From a virus (taxonomy: Duplodnaviria; Caudoviricetes): 44,037 nt of DNA. The DNA is taken from the IMG/VR virus record IMGVR_UViG_3300046837_000072, positions 1 through 44,037 of that record; one strand, written 5' to 3'. The position numbers were made by a program, and so were the translations under genes. Below are positions 16,529 through 24,712 of this stretch, one piece after another. The notes beneath the pieces were generated by a model that saw only the letters and a program-made list of their open reading frames with translations, ran no database searches and was not told the origin of the DNA. Within the stretch, counting starts at the first letter, position 1; each line of letters starts with the position of its first letter.

Positions 16529-16974
16529 TGTCGTGGAAACCACAAGTGCAAGTTGCTGGTGAGGGCGAGAAGTGGCTCGACAACGCGTTGCGGTTCGCTA
16601 CGAAGGAAGAGGCGGAGCGTAGTGCGAGAGACTTGGCTCGGCGTTGGATAATGGTGACTAATCACCGAGCCGGGGAAAGTTTCGATCCCATCACTCATAT
16701 GATAAAGGATGACCGGATGGTCGCGTTGCGTCAGGTCGAGATGCGCGAACTGGAGCATGGTGATCTTGTGATAATAGATGGAGGTCGCTTTACCTGTCAT
16801 CCTGGTGGTGAGGTGCGTATTGAGTACGACAAGAATGGCATATCGTTCTTGTGTGAGGCTGGGCATCACTATCTTGATGAGAACGATGTGAATGACAACA
16901 GCAAGGTAGTCGGCGTTTACAAACCAGTAAAGGCAAGTCCTCGCGAAGGCGGGGAAGAAAGGAGTGCGAAATGA
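16528..16974 (+). CDS. Hypothetical protein
   Basis: MSWKPQV...NALRFATKEEAE; TGATG coupling with the upstream gene. Confidence 0.75.
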   Translation: MSWKPQVQVAGEGEKWLDNALRFATKEEAERSARDLARRWIMVTNHRAGESFDPITHMIKDDRMVALRQVEMRELEHGDLVIIDGGRFTCHPGGEVRIEYDKNGISFLCEAGHHYLDENDVNDNSKVVGVYKPVKASPREGGEERSAK

Positions 16975-17288
16975 CTAAGGAAGAGATCACAGGGCTCACG
17001 GTGCGGGCTGTCGAGCAGATTGGGAACAACGCAGCCAAGCAATTGGAGGATGCCGCCGAGCAATTGGAGGCAGAGGCGAAGGTGAAAGGCGATCATCTGA
17101 GGGCGTTTGCGAATGCCATCAGGGAGCAGACCATGCGCGCTTCGGACGATCTCTCTGATTTCGTTCGGCGCATGAACGATGTGTTCAAGACCAACGAGAA
17201 CCTCTCGCATAGGATCGACCCAAGGGCATTGGACGAGCTTGGGAAGAACCAAAGGTCTGTTCCGTCGCCGATCGATGGTCGGCGATAG
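16971..17288 (+). CDS. Hypothetical coiled-coil protein
   Basis: 105 aa; AAGGAGTGCGAAATG start. Confidence 0.75.
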   Translation: MTKEEITGLTVRAVEQIGNNAAKQLEDAAEQLEAEAKVKGDHLRAFANAIREQTMRASDDLSDFVRRMNDVFKTNENLSHRIDPRALDELGKNQRSVPSPIDGRR

Positions 17289-17320
17289 TGTTTGAGTCAC
17301 ACACAACAGGAGTGCAGAAC

Positions 17321-17806
17321 ATGGCAACTAGAGCGAAGATGAAGGAAGCTGCGGAGAGGCCGGAGCCGAGTGGGGCTCAGGCGAGCACGTTCCAAGGTAG
17401 GATCGTGAAGGAGTTGGGCAAGCTGACGGGTGACTTGCTGGCGAAGGTCAAGCCGGATACTGGCAGGGGTGCGAACCTGTCGAGTGTCCTGGCGGAGATG
17501 TACATGTGGGCGCAGATCAGTAAGATGGCTGATGGTCACTACGAGCGTCTGATGGACATTGCCAAGGGGAACGGTGTAATTGAGGTTGCTGACTTGGAGA
17601 CAGGCACGCATATTGCAGCGGAGAGCAGGCATTTCGTTGTGACTGTTGCTGTGACCGAGCCTGTGAAAAGGTTCGATCCAGATGTGCTGGCTGCATGGGC
17701 ATACAAGGCGTACAACGTTCCGGTCCCGCTCATGAAGGAACAGGTCGAGCGCGCCAAGGTGCCGACCAAACCACAGAAACGCATTGTGATAACTGAGCGT
17801 CCTTAG
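17321..17806 (+). CDS. Hypothetical protein
   Basis: 161 aa from ATG 17321 with an AGGAG RBS. Confidence 0.8.
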   Translation: MATRAKMKEAAERPEPSGAQASTFQGRIVKELGKLTGDLLAKVKPDTGRGANLSSVLAEMYMWAQISKMADGHYERLMDIAKGNGVIEVADLETGTHIAAESRHFVVTVAVTEPVKRFDPDVLAAWAYKAYNVPVPLMKEQVERAKVPTKPQKRIVITERP

Positions 17807-18008
17807 GATCGCCCTCCACAGGACGCTTGGTGAAGGGGAGGCCGACTTGATCGCACTCCGGTCGGCCTCCCTGCTTGCCTGCACTCGCGAAAGCGGGTGT
17901 TTGACTCACACAGCGCAGATTGCGAAGGGGGATCAGATGTTCAAGAAATGCACATGTTGTTTCTGGGGTTGCTGTCCTGCATGTAGGTGCTATTCAAGGA
18001 GGGTTAAC

Positions 18009-18266
18009 ATGAACGACGAAAAGTTTTCGGTATGCCAGTTCTTTGCCAATGGTGGATATGAATACGTTCGCAGGCATGTGGATGCTGAAGAGGCGGTGAA
18101 GGCTGCGAGGCATTACACCAGTAACGTTGCGGTGAGGATGGGCATTGTGAATCGAGTCATTATCACAGACGGCGGTGATATGACAGTCTTCGAATGGAAG
18201 GCTGGTAAGGGTGTGACGTTTCCACCGAAGGAGGATCGCGATGACCATAGACCGTCAGAAGGGTAA
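18009..18266 (+). CDS. Hypothetical protein
   Basis: MNDEKFSVCQFF...RVIITDGGD with an AAGGAGG RBS. An in-frame upstream ATG at 17937 would add a Cys-rich extension. Confidence 0.75.
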   Translation: MNDEKFSVCQFFANGGYEYVRRHVDAEEAVKAARHYTSNVAVRMGIVNRVIITDGGDMTVFEWKAGKGVTFPPKEDRDDHRPSEG

Positions 18267-18420
18267 CATTGTTTTCGAGTGCAATGGGTGCCATGAGGTA
18301 TTGGAAACAGATACTGCTAATTGGGATACAGCCATGAACCTGCTGCACCGAGAGCATTGGAGGGCACGTAAGAAGGGTGATGAATGGCATCATTACTGCG
18401 GCAAGTGCGTAGGAGCCTGA
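18241..18420 (+). CDS. 59-aa Zn-finger-like protein; paralog of 11509..11760; not in the ORF track
   Basis: My translation: MTIDRQKGNIVFECNGCHEVLETDTANWDTAMNLLHREHWRARKKGDEWHHYCGKCVGA; AAGGAGG RBS. Confidence 0.8.
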   Translation: MTIDRQKGNIVFECNGCHEVLETDTANWDTAMNLLHREHWRARKKGDEWHHYCGKCVGA

Positions 18421-18421
18421 C

Positions 18422-18805
18422 ATGCCATTGATTTTGCAACCGACATTTAGCGACAAGACACGGGATCAGATCGAAAACCACCTGCTGGAGGTTAGAGCAC
18501 GCCGCATGGCTGCGGTTGTGACGTACTACGCAGGTGTGAATGCTAAGAACATGCATCTGGTATCGAAGGAACGACTGCGGGTCATGCGGGAGTACCAGAT
18601 GTTGAAGCGTGACCTGGACAGGATGCACAGGCTTGACAAGGCAATCAATGATCGACTGAACAAGATTGTGCAGCATCAGCAGGAGTTGGACTTTCATCTC
18701 AGTAACATAGTGGAGATACCAGATGGCGACGACGACGAGCGAGAGCATAAAGAGGGCGGAAAGATTAACGGGTTTATCAGAGCAGGCAGACCGCCAGGAG
18801 GTTAG
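18422..18805 (+). CDS. Hypothetical protein
   Basis: 127 aa, helical; AGGAG RBS. Confidence 0.75.
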   Translation: MPLILQPTFSDKTRDQIENHLLEVRARRMAAVVTYYAGVNAKNMHLVSKERLRVMREYQMLKRDLDRMHRLDKAINDRLNKIVQHQQELDFHLSNIVEIPDGDDDEREHKEGGKINGFIRAGRPPGG

Positions 18806-18812
18806 TCACACC

Positions 18813-18974
18813 ATGAAGACGCGGTATCCGCAGATACTCCCGCAGCATACGTTCATGGCCAGGTGTCCGAATGGCGTCCAGACATGGTTGTGCTACGCAG
18901 AGGGCAGAGAGAGTATGCCGTTGTGTCCTGAGTGCAACGAGCCGATGGATATTATTACGGAGATGGACACATGA
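18813..18974 (+). CDS. Small Cys-containing hypothetical protein
   Basis: 53 aa with an AGGAGG RBS and a CPEC motif. Confidence 0.55.
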   Translation: MKTRYPQILPQHTFMARCPNGVQTWLCYAEGRESMPLCPECNEPMDIITEMDT

Positions 18975-19237
18975 CGTTCAACGAGTTCCAGCGAGAACTG
19001 CGCGCTCATGGTGTAGAAGGACCGCCTGCGTATTTCTTCACATTGCTGTACGAGCGGCTGATCGAGACAGAGAATCAGCTTACGCTGTGCGCCAAAGTGG
19101 TCCAGCAGATGGCTACGTCGATGGAAGGATTCGTGCAACTGAACGAGGTACAGCAGCGCGAGGTTCGCAAGTTCATTCGTGGCGGTAGGCCGGATGGTAT
19201 TGAGGTTGCCAGTGTGGCGAACGAGCCGGAGGATTGA
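18971..19237 (+). CDS. Hypothetical protein
   Basis: 88 aa from MTFNEFQ; ATGA overlap. Confidence 0.7.
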   Translation: MTFNEFQRELRAHGVEGPPAYFFTLLYERLIETENQLTLCAKVVQQMATSMEGFVQLNEVQQREVRKFIRGGRPDGIEVASVANEPED

Positions 19238-19238
19238 A

Positions 19239-19346
19239 ATGGAACGCTCAGTGTATGTCGCGGCTGCGATATTCATTGCTTTGGTTATCGCGGTGCTGGT
19301 CATTTACTGGTTTGCGGACGTGCCACAGCCGATTGGCGATGTTTGA
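19239..19346 (+). CDS. 35-aa single-TM membrane peptide; not in the ORF track
   Basis: MERSVYVAAAIFIALVIAVLVIYWFADVPQPIGDV with a GGAGG RBS. Its stop lies within motif A. Confidence 0.55.
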   Translation: MERSVYVAAAIFIALVIAVLVIYWFADVPQPIGDV

Positions 19347-19425
19347 GTCACACAGGTACAGCGGCTTGAGATTAGGGTCTATCAAGTTGCTGTTGTGCAG
19401 AAGACCCAGCAGAAGGACGTTCTAA

Positions 19426-20064
19426 ATGAAGAAGCTCTTAACGACCGTTGCCATGCTGGCGGCATTCACCGTGTCGGCTTCGGCCACTACCATCAGCTGG
19501 AACTTTGGCGAGCATGGCTTCGGCGCGCTCCCCAACGTGCAGGCTTTCGACAGTGGTGGGTTTTTCCTCTCGGCGAGGGGGTTCGATCCTAGTGATCACG
19601 GCACCGCTCTGTTTTCCAAGAACGGTGGCACCAACGAGGTTGGTCTTGGCCTCGTGGACGATCCGTCTCATGAGGATGAGATCACCGGGAACAACTTCAT
19701 CCAGTTGAACATGGATGGGCTGCGGACCCTGTTGACCAACTTCCAATTCTCGATGAGTTCGGTCGATAACCAAGAGGGTTGGAAGGTGTTCGGCAGCAAT
19801 GACGATCATCCGTTCCAGTTCACTCTGCTGGCAAGCTCCGGTGGTCTGCTCGACAACAGTGTTCATAGTCTGGCTGACGGCTGGGATAACTACAACTTCT
19901 TCTATTCCGGTGGCGTGACCGGAAGCAGTAACGTGCTGCTGCACTCGTTCTCCGCAGACGTGGTGGCACAGACGCCGCTCCCAGCCTCGTTGCCATTCTT
20001 CGGCGCCGGTCTGGTCGGTCTGGTGGCGTTGGTTCGTAAGCGCAAGTCTAACCGGCTCGCGTAA
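19426..20064 (+). CDS. Secreted VPLPA-CTERM (PEP-CTERM-type) surface protein
   Basis: Signal peptide MKKLLTTVAMLAAFTVSASA. The C-terminus TPLPASLPFFGAGLVGLVALVRKRK has the sorting motif, a TM helix and a basic tail. Confidence 0.85.
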   Translation: MKKLLTTVAMLAAFTVSASATTISWNFGEHGFGALPNVQAFDSGGFFLSARGFDPSDHGTALFSKNGGTNEVGLGLVDDPSHEDEITGNNFIQLNMDGLRTLLTNFQFSMSSVDNQEGWKVFGSNDDHPFQFTLLASSGGLLDNSVHSLADGWDNYNFFYSGGVTGSSNVLLHSFSADVVAQTPLPASLPFFGAGLVGLVALVRKRKSNRLA

Positions 20065-20179
20065 CCCCGTAGGCTGGCATAGTACCCGCTCTGCCAGCGT
20101 ACAGGCCCGCCGGGGTCCCGTCCATCAACGCCCCGGCGGGCCACTGTTTGAGTCACACACATAGCAGGAGGATAACTAA

Positions 20180-20407
20180 ATGCCAGCAGGAAGTCTAGGT
20201 GCATCACGGGTACGGGAAGATTTCAACCCGTCCAAGAACGATCTTGTCACGAAGATCAAGCGGTACTCTGCCGATCTGATCGACTTGTGCCATGACGAGC
20301 AGGACAAGGGCGTTGAGTCGGAGGAGGCTCGTTTGTGGGCACTGGCTATGACGCACTACGAAGACGCCGCGATGTGGGCGGTGAAAGCTGCTACGACACA
20401 GAAATAG
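20180..20407 (+). CDS. Acb2/Tad1-like helical-hairpin protein (putative anti-defence sponge)
   Basis: RVREDFNPS...VTKIKRYSADLID...RLWALAMTHYEDAAMWAVKA resembles the RxxxLAxTxxExAxMW pattern. Confidence 0.55.
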   Translation: MPAGSLGASRVREDFNPSKNDLVTKIKRYSADLIDLCHDEQDKGVESEEARLWALAMTHYEDAAMWAVKAATTQK

Positions 20408-20535
20408 GCTTGCCTGACGGTGAGGTCAGGCATGCCCTCGCGTAGGCGGGGGTGAAGAAGGCCCGCCGGGTTGGTCCACCACCAATGGCTCCTCCCCGGC
20501 GGGCTGCACATCACAGGCACAGGAGGGACAAGTGA

Positions 20536-20772
20536 ATGGTTAAGATGATATTCGTAGGGTTGGGGCCTACCGGAGAATTCCCACAGGGCAAGGCGACTCC
20601 AGATGATGAAGGCGCACTGATGGTAAGTATCAGTGATGACGGTGAGATGGTGCGTGTAGACTTCGGTACGCGCATCGCATGGATCGGCTTCGGGCCACAG
20701 GACGCAAAGCAGTTTGCCGATTCGATTGTGAAGCACGCGAGCAACTGTGTGACTCAAAAGAAGGATGACTAA
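20536..20772 (+). CDS. Hypothetical protein
   Basis: 78 aa (LGPTGEFPQGK...DDEG...VDFG) with an AGGAGG RBS. Confidence 0.75.
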   Translation: MVKMIFVGLGPTGEFPQGKATPDDEGALMVSISDDGEMVRVDFGTRIAWIGFGPQDAKQFADSIVKHASNCVTQKKDD

Positions 20773-20938
20773 AGTGGAAACGCTAGAGGCGCTAGAGATG
20801 GCGATTGCAGAGATACATAGCCAACTGTTATGGCGTGGCCCGTCAGGTCGTACATTGGCGCATGTCGTGCTTCCTCGTGAAGTCGCTGAGATATTGGCAA
20901 AGCGATGCGAGGAAAGTTTGCAGAGGCAGAAGAAATGA
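20765..20938 (+). CDS. 57-aa hypothetical protein; not in the ORF track
   Basis: MTKVETLEALEMAIAEIHSQ...RQKK fills the gap and overlaps both neighbours. Confidence 0.55.
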   Translation: MTKVETLEALEMAIAEIHSQLLWRGPSGRTLAHVVLPREVAEILAKRCEESLQRQKK

Positions 20939-21477
20939 AACGTGTCACAGGGTTCCTTGCTGACGACGGAGTGTACTTCGATGCCAAGGAGGATGCCGAA
21001 CTGTATGAGGCGCTTCATGCGCTGGAGTTCTCCGTCAGGAACATAGGGGCAGACCCAGCCAAGTTTATGATCGTGGTCGAGGGCTGTCAGGAACAACTCA
21101 GGAGGTACTTAGATGCCAAAGCTGGCTACGAAAAGAGCGAAGCCACAGGTCCGCGACCGGGGGCCGGGACAGCACCAGATAGTGTCGATCACGCCAACGA
21201 CAGCCGCACAGAAGCTGCTGCACCCGTTCTCGAACAGTCGCTTGACGAACATCAACACGTGCCCGACGTACGGAGCGGTATCAGCACAGAGGCAGTACGA
21301 GACAACGGCCCGGTCGATGGCGCTGGAGGCGGGAGCGTTGATGCACGAAGTGTTCGCCGCGCTCCGCATATGGCAACTACATCGAGTGCAGCTATTGCCG
21401 CAGCACGCCCTATCGACAGCAATACGTTTGTTCGGCAAGCCGAAGCAAGAGAGAAGCTACTACGATCAAACGTTTGA
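20935..21477 (+). CDS. Hypothetical protein overlapping the nuclease gene by 365 nt
   Basis: MKRVTGFLADDGVYFDAKEDAELYE; ATGA coupling. The C-terminal part is in another frame of 21113..22261. Confidence 0.6.
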   Translation: MKRVTGFLADDGVYFDAKEDAELYEALHALEFSVRNIGADPAKFMIVVEGCQEQLRRYLDAKAGYEKSEATGPRPGAGTAPDSVDHANDSRTEAAAPVLEQSLDEHQHVPDVRSGISTEAVRDNGPVDGAGGGSVDARSVRRAPHMATTSSAAIAAARPIDSNTFVRQAEAREKLLRSNV

Positions 21478-22261
21478 CTCAAACAGATGGCGCAAGTGCT
21501 GGGCTAAGGCGAACGATCAGAAGAATGATCGCGAGTCGATGATGGTGCTTGCGTTCGAGATGCTGCGTAGTAGTGGCTGGGAGGACAGTCCAGAGGACAA
21601 GATCAGGACTGTTGGCAACATGGAGATGGCGTGTATCGTGTATATCGACACCATCTTGCCTACCTTGTCCAACTTCCCGATCTACGTACAGGACAAGAAG
21701 AATCCAAACTCCGTCGTTGGGATCGAAAACACGTTCGATGTGGTGCTGACGTACGACGACGGTAAGCAGTTTAGGTTCATCGGGACGTTCGATGGCCTGA
21801 CGTACAACAACGCCAAGGGATTCTCTACGCTCGAAGACAACAAGACAGCATCGAGGCTGGACGCAGGTTGGAAGGCGTCGTTCCAGTTGTCGAACCAGGT
21901 GACAGGCTATCTTGCATGCGCCGCGTCTGTGTATGGGTTCGACATCTACAACGCACGCATCCTGGGGCTCAAGATCAAGCCGACAGGTAAGGGCGAAGAC
22001 GTGTGGCCTCTGGTGACGAATAGGACAGGCGAACAGCTACAGCGTTGGGCGTTCTGGTTCAGGCACACGGCGGAGATGTACGAGCAGTATAAGGACAACT
22101 ATGAACATGCGCCACGGTATACGCATTCCTGCAATCGGTACTTTCGACCATGTTCGTTGTTGTCGTTCTGCTGCGACACCCAAGATGGCAGGGTCGAGCA
22201 ATGGAACGAGATGGTTCCTGCGAAGTCAAGCCCATCGGAGCTAGCAGCAGAGGGAGACTGA
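21113..22261 (+). CDS. PD-(D/E)XK Cas4/RecB-like exonuclease
   Basis: FSNSRL..CP, GALMHE, GIE, GTFDGL, EDNKT, QVTGY and a C-terminal C-x6-C-x5-C cluster; AGGAGG RBS. Confidence 0.85.
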   Translation: MPKLATKRAKPQVRDRGPGQHQIVSITPTTAAQKLLHPFSNSRLTNINTCPTYGAVSAQRQYETTARSMALEAGALMHEVFAALRIWQLHRVQLLPQHALSTAIRLFGKPKQERSYYDQTFDSNRWRKCWAKANDQKNDRESMMVLAFEMLRSSGWEDSPEDKIRTVGNMEMACIVYIDTILPTLSNFPIYVQDKKNPNSVVGIENTFDVVLTYDDGKQFRFIGTFDGLTYNNAKGFSTLEDNKTASRLDAGWKASFQLSNQVTGYLACAASVYGFDIYNARILGLKIKPTGKGEDVWPLVTNRTGEQLQRWAFWFRHTAEMYEQYKDNYEHAPRYTHSCNRYFRPCSLLSFCCDTQDGRVEQWNEMVPAKSSPSELAAEGD

Positions 22262-22262
22262 C

Positions 22263-22481
22263 ATGAATGTGCTTGTCGTGGACGAACTGCTCGACGCGAT
22301 ACATGCAATCGAAGAGGATACGCCAAGGCTTGGTGACGTGGATGCAATCCTTGGTGCGGCTATGTTTATCGGTGCGCGGCTTGAGCGTATAGCTGTGGTG
22401 CTCGAACGGATTGCGGAGATGCAGAAGAGTTTGATTCAAACAGCAATAGTGATACCGGCAGATTCTATAGGAAAGAGGTAG
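22263..22481 (+). CDS. Hypothetical protein
   Basis: 72 aa; GGAG RBS. Confidence 0.65.
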   Translation: MNVLVVDELLDAIHAIEEDTPRLGDVDAILGAAMFIGARLERIAVVLERIAEMQKSLIQTAIVIPADSIGKR

Positions 22482-22484
22482 GCT

Positions 22485-23336
22485 ATGGCGCTATTGCCAT
22501 TCAAGATAGGGCCAGTTGCTGTAACGACTGGAGCAGAAGCGCCTCGAAGAATGGCTGTGCTCATATGGGGACCATCCTCTTGTGGAAAGACCACCTTCGC
22601 GGCAACAGCACCTGGAAACAAACTGTGGCTGTCGTTCGGCGACCAAGAGCATGTGTCAGTCGCGCATCGTCCTGATGTTCGCGTGGCTGATTTGTCGGGA
22701 CTCACACCAGAGGAGATATTCAAGCACGGGAAAAGCGACAATCCTTTTGGATTAGACCAGATACTCTCGCAGCATACTGACATCAAGACAGTTGTGTGTG
22801 ACTCAGTAACGGCGTTGGTGTATATGGCATTGCAGCGGTCGGTAGAGATGGGCATTGGAGCAGGCAGACGCGGTTTCATCCCGACGGTTGAGGAGCCAGG
22901 GCAGTCTGCGTACGGTGCTCGCAATGCCTTAATGCTGAAGGTGCTGACAGGGTTGCTCAGGGTGACTGCGAAGCATGGGGTACATCTGATTGCTACTGCG
23001 CACGAAGCTGATCCTGTAATGGAAATTCGCGACGGTAAGGAAGTTGTGAGTCACATAAGCATCATGCTTGGAGGGCAGTTGGTCAACAATGTAACATTCC
23101 GTCTGTCGGAGATATGGCATATGTCGGCAAACAAAGAAAATCGAAGGCTGGCGGTGCGCTCGGTTCGTCTCCGAAGACCAATGAAGTCGCGTATGTTTTC
23201 GAGTAGCAGTGATGCAGAGTTTGAGTTGAAGTACAATGCGGAATTGCCTGACAAGGGCCAGATGACCATAGCAAGATGGTATGGCGAATGGGCCAAGAAG
23301 GGCATGAAGATTAACCCGAACGGCTCAGGACAGTGA
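22485..23336 (+). CDS. AAA_24 / Sak4-like ATPase (recombinase candidate)
   Basis: Walker A GPSSCGKT, Walker B VVCDS and IATAHE. It lies between a nuclease and an SSB-like gene. Confidence 0.8.
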   Translation: MALLPFKIGPVAVTTGAEAPRRMAVLIWGPSSCGKTTFAATAPGNKLWLSFGDQEHVSVAHRPDVRVADLSGLTPEEIFKHGKSDNPFGLDQILSQHTDIKTVVCDSVTALVYMALQRSVEMGIGAGRRGFIPTVEEPGQSAYGARNALMLKVLTGLLRVTAKHGVHLIATAHEADPVMEIRDGKEVVSHISIMLGGQLVNNVTFRLSEIWHMSANKENRRLAVRSVRLRRPMKSRMFSSSSDAEFELKYNAELPDKGQMTIARWYGEWAKKGMKINPNGSGQ

Positions 23337-23394
23337 GTATCTGAAACCACTTTGGAGCAGGCTCTGTCCGACTTGCTCATCAGGAGGAATTGTT

Positions 23395-23928
23395 ATGATT
23401 GACGACGGCGAAAGCCTTGACGTGATCGAACTGGAGGAGTCGCTCTCTGATATTGAGCGCCCTGCAGAACTGCCGCCCGGAATTTACGTGGGCGAAGTCC
23501 AGGACGTGCAGGTTGGTACGTCTGCCAAGGGTAATGCGTACTACGCGGTCAGGTTCATCATCCTGCCCGACGAGATTCCTGCTGACATTCAGGACGACTT
23601 CGAAGACGGTGCCGTCCTGTTCTGGAATCGGCAAATCAAGCCGAGGGACGGCAAAGACCGTCGTGCGCTGTTCAATCTGCGCAAGTTCGTTGAAGCCCTT
23701 GGGCTGGATGCGAACACTACGTCGATTGACCCGAACGATTGGATGGGTTGTCGTGCCCGTCTGAGGGTTCGGCAGACTGTCAACCCTCGCGATCCGGCAT
23801 CTGGAAAGCGTGCCGAGATTGCGTCGGTTGAGCCGCTTGAGGAGGCGGCACCGGCTCGTGCAAGGGAGCCGGAAGTCGAAGAGGAAACGGCACCGCCTGC
23901 GCGTAGGGCAACCCGCGCTCGCCGGTAA
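23395..23928 (+). CDS. DUF669-like single-stranded DNA-binding protein
   Basis: LPPGIYVGEV..TSAKGN..FNLRKFVEALG..DWMGCRARLRV pattern, adjacent to the Sak4-like gene. Confidence 0.65.
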   Translation: MIDDGESLDVIELEESLSDIERPAELPPGIYVGEVQDVQVGTSAKGNAYYAVRFIILPDEIPADIQDDFEDGAVLFWNRQIKPRDGKDRRALFNLRKFVEALGLDANTTSIDPNDWMGCRARLRVRQTVNPRDPASGKRAEIASVEPLEEAAPARAREPEVEEETAPPARRATRARR

Positions 23929-23936
23929 GTAATGCA

Positions 23937-23974
23937 GGCGCTGCGGGGGCGACTCCGCAGCGCCTTCTCTGTTT
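23937..23974 (+). terminator. Intrinsic terminator
   Basis: AGGCGCTGCGGGG-GCGA-CTCCGCAGCGCCT followed by TCTCTGTTT. Confidence 0.65.
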
Positions 23975-24021
23975 GAGTCAAACCATGTCCTCGCGAAGGC
24001 GGGGAAGAGGAGAGGCCAAAG

Positions 24022-24210
24022 ATGAGCGAGGATTCTAATTGGGTTCGAGACAGGATCGTTGAGGCACTGCTGAGGAAGAACAACGACACCGTAGACAAAC
24101 AAGCGGATGCGATCATGGTGTTGTTGAAAGAGACTGCGCGTGAGTCCGATACGTATCATGCGTTCGTGGGGTATCTGAACACACTGCGCCTGGAGCGAGA
24201 AGATGGTTGA
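24022..24210 (+). CDS. Hypothetical protein
   Basis: 62 aa; GGAGAGG RBS. Confidence 0.65.
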   Translation: MSEDSNWVRDRIVEALLRKNNDTVDKQADAIMVLLKETARESDTYHAFVGYLNTLRLEREDG

Positions 24211-24409
24211 GGCAATTCAGCTACGGCTTGGGGAGTCGGTCATCAAAGGCGTGTGCCAGATCGTTGTCAGGATTCGGCTTGACGACAGGCGCGATGTTAC
24301 GGAAGCGGCAAGGTTGCTGAAGATTACCCAGGCGCAGTTCACTCGTAATGTGGTGGTCCAGGCGGCAAGAGCAGTCCTGGCAGAGGCGAAATCTGAGGAG
24401 GCAGCGTAA
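24203..24409 (+). CDS. Ribbon-helix-helix (DUF1778-like) DNA-binding protein
   Basis: QIVVRIRLDDRRDVTEAARLLKITQAQFTRNVVVQAARAVL has the strand-helix-helix pattern. Confidence 0.65.
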   Translation: MVEAIQLRLGESVIKGVCQIVVRIRLDDRRDVTEAARLLKITQAQFTRNVVVQAARAVLAEAKSEEAA

Positions 24410-24711
24410 TGCGTGCTAGAGTAGTAGCAACCAAGATAACGCTCGGTGATTTGAAGCCGGGCGATTTGTTCTCGTACAGCGATGGGACCAATTGGAATAG
24501 TGCAATGGCTGGGGATGCTCCACCACAGGCGCTTGTCTGCACGAATACGACAGACGCAGCAGCGTTGCGAGAGGATACGCTCTACGTGTATCGTCTGACT
24601 ATAATCAAGGAGAGTGTCGATAAGGACGGTACGAAGGTTCAGCAGCGGGACGCGCACATGTCGGCAGTGCTCGATCCGAATGCTCCTCCGGGTGTGGTGA
24701 AGGGACGATAG
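24409..24711 (+). CDS. Hypothetical protein
   Basis: 100 aa; TAATG coupling. Confidence 0.7.
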   Translation: MRARVVATKITLGDLKPGDLFSYSDGTNWNSAMAGDAPPQALVCTNTTDAAALREDTLYVYRLTIIKESVDKDGTKVQQRDAHMSAVLDPNAPPGVVKGR

Positions 24712-24712
24712 C

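Noticed and set aside
18770-19200. Similar C-terminal peptides FIRAGRPPG and FIRGGRPDG in nearby ORFs
   Set aside because: The match is too short and the rest of the proteins do not align, so it may be chance.
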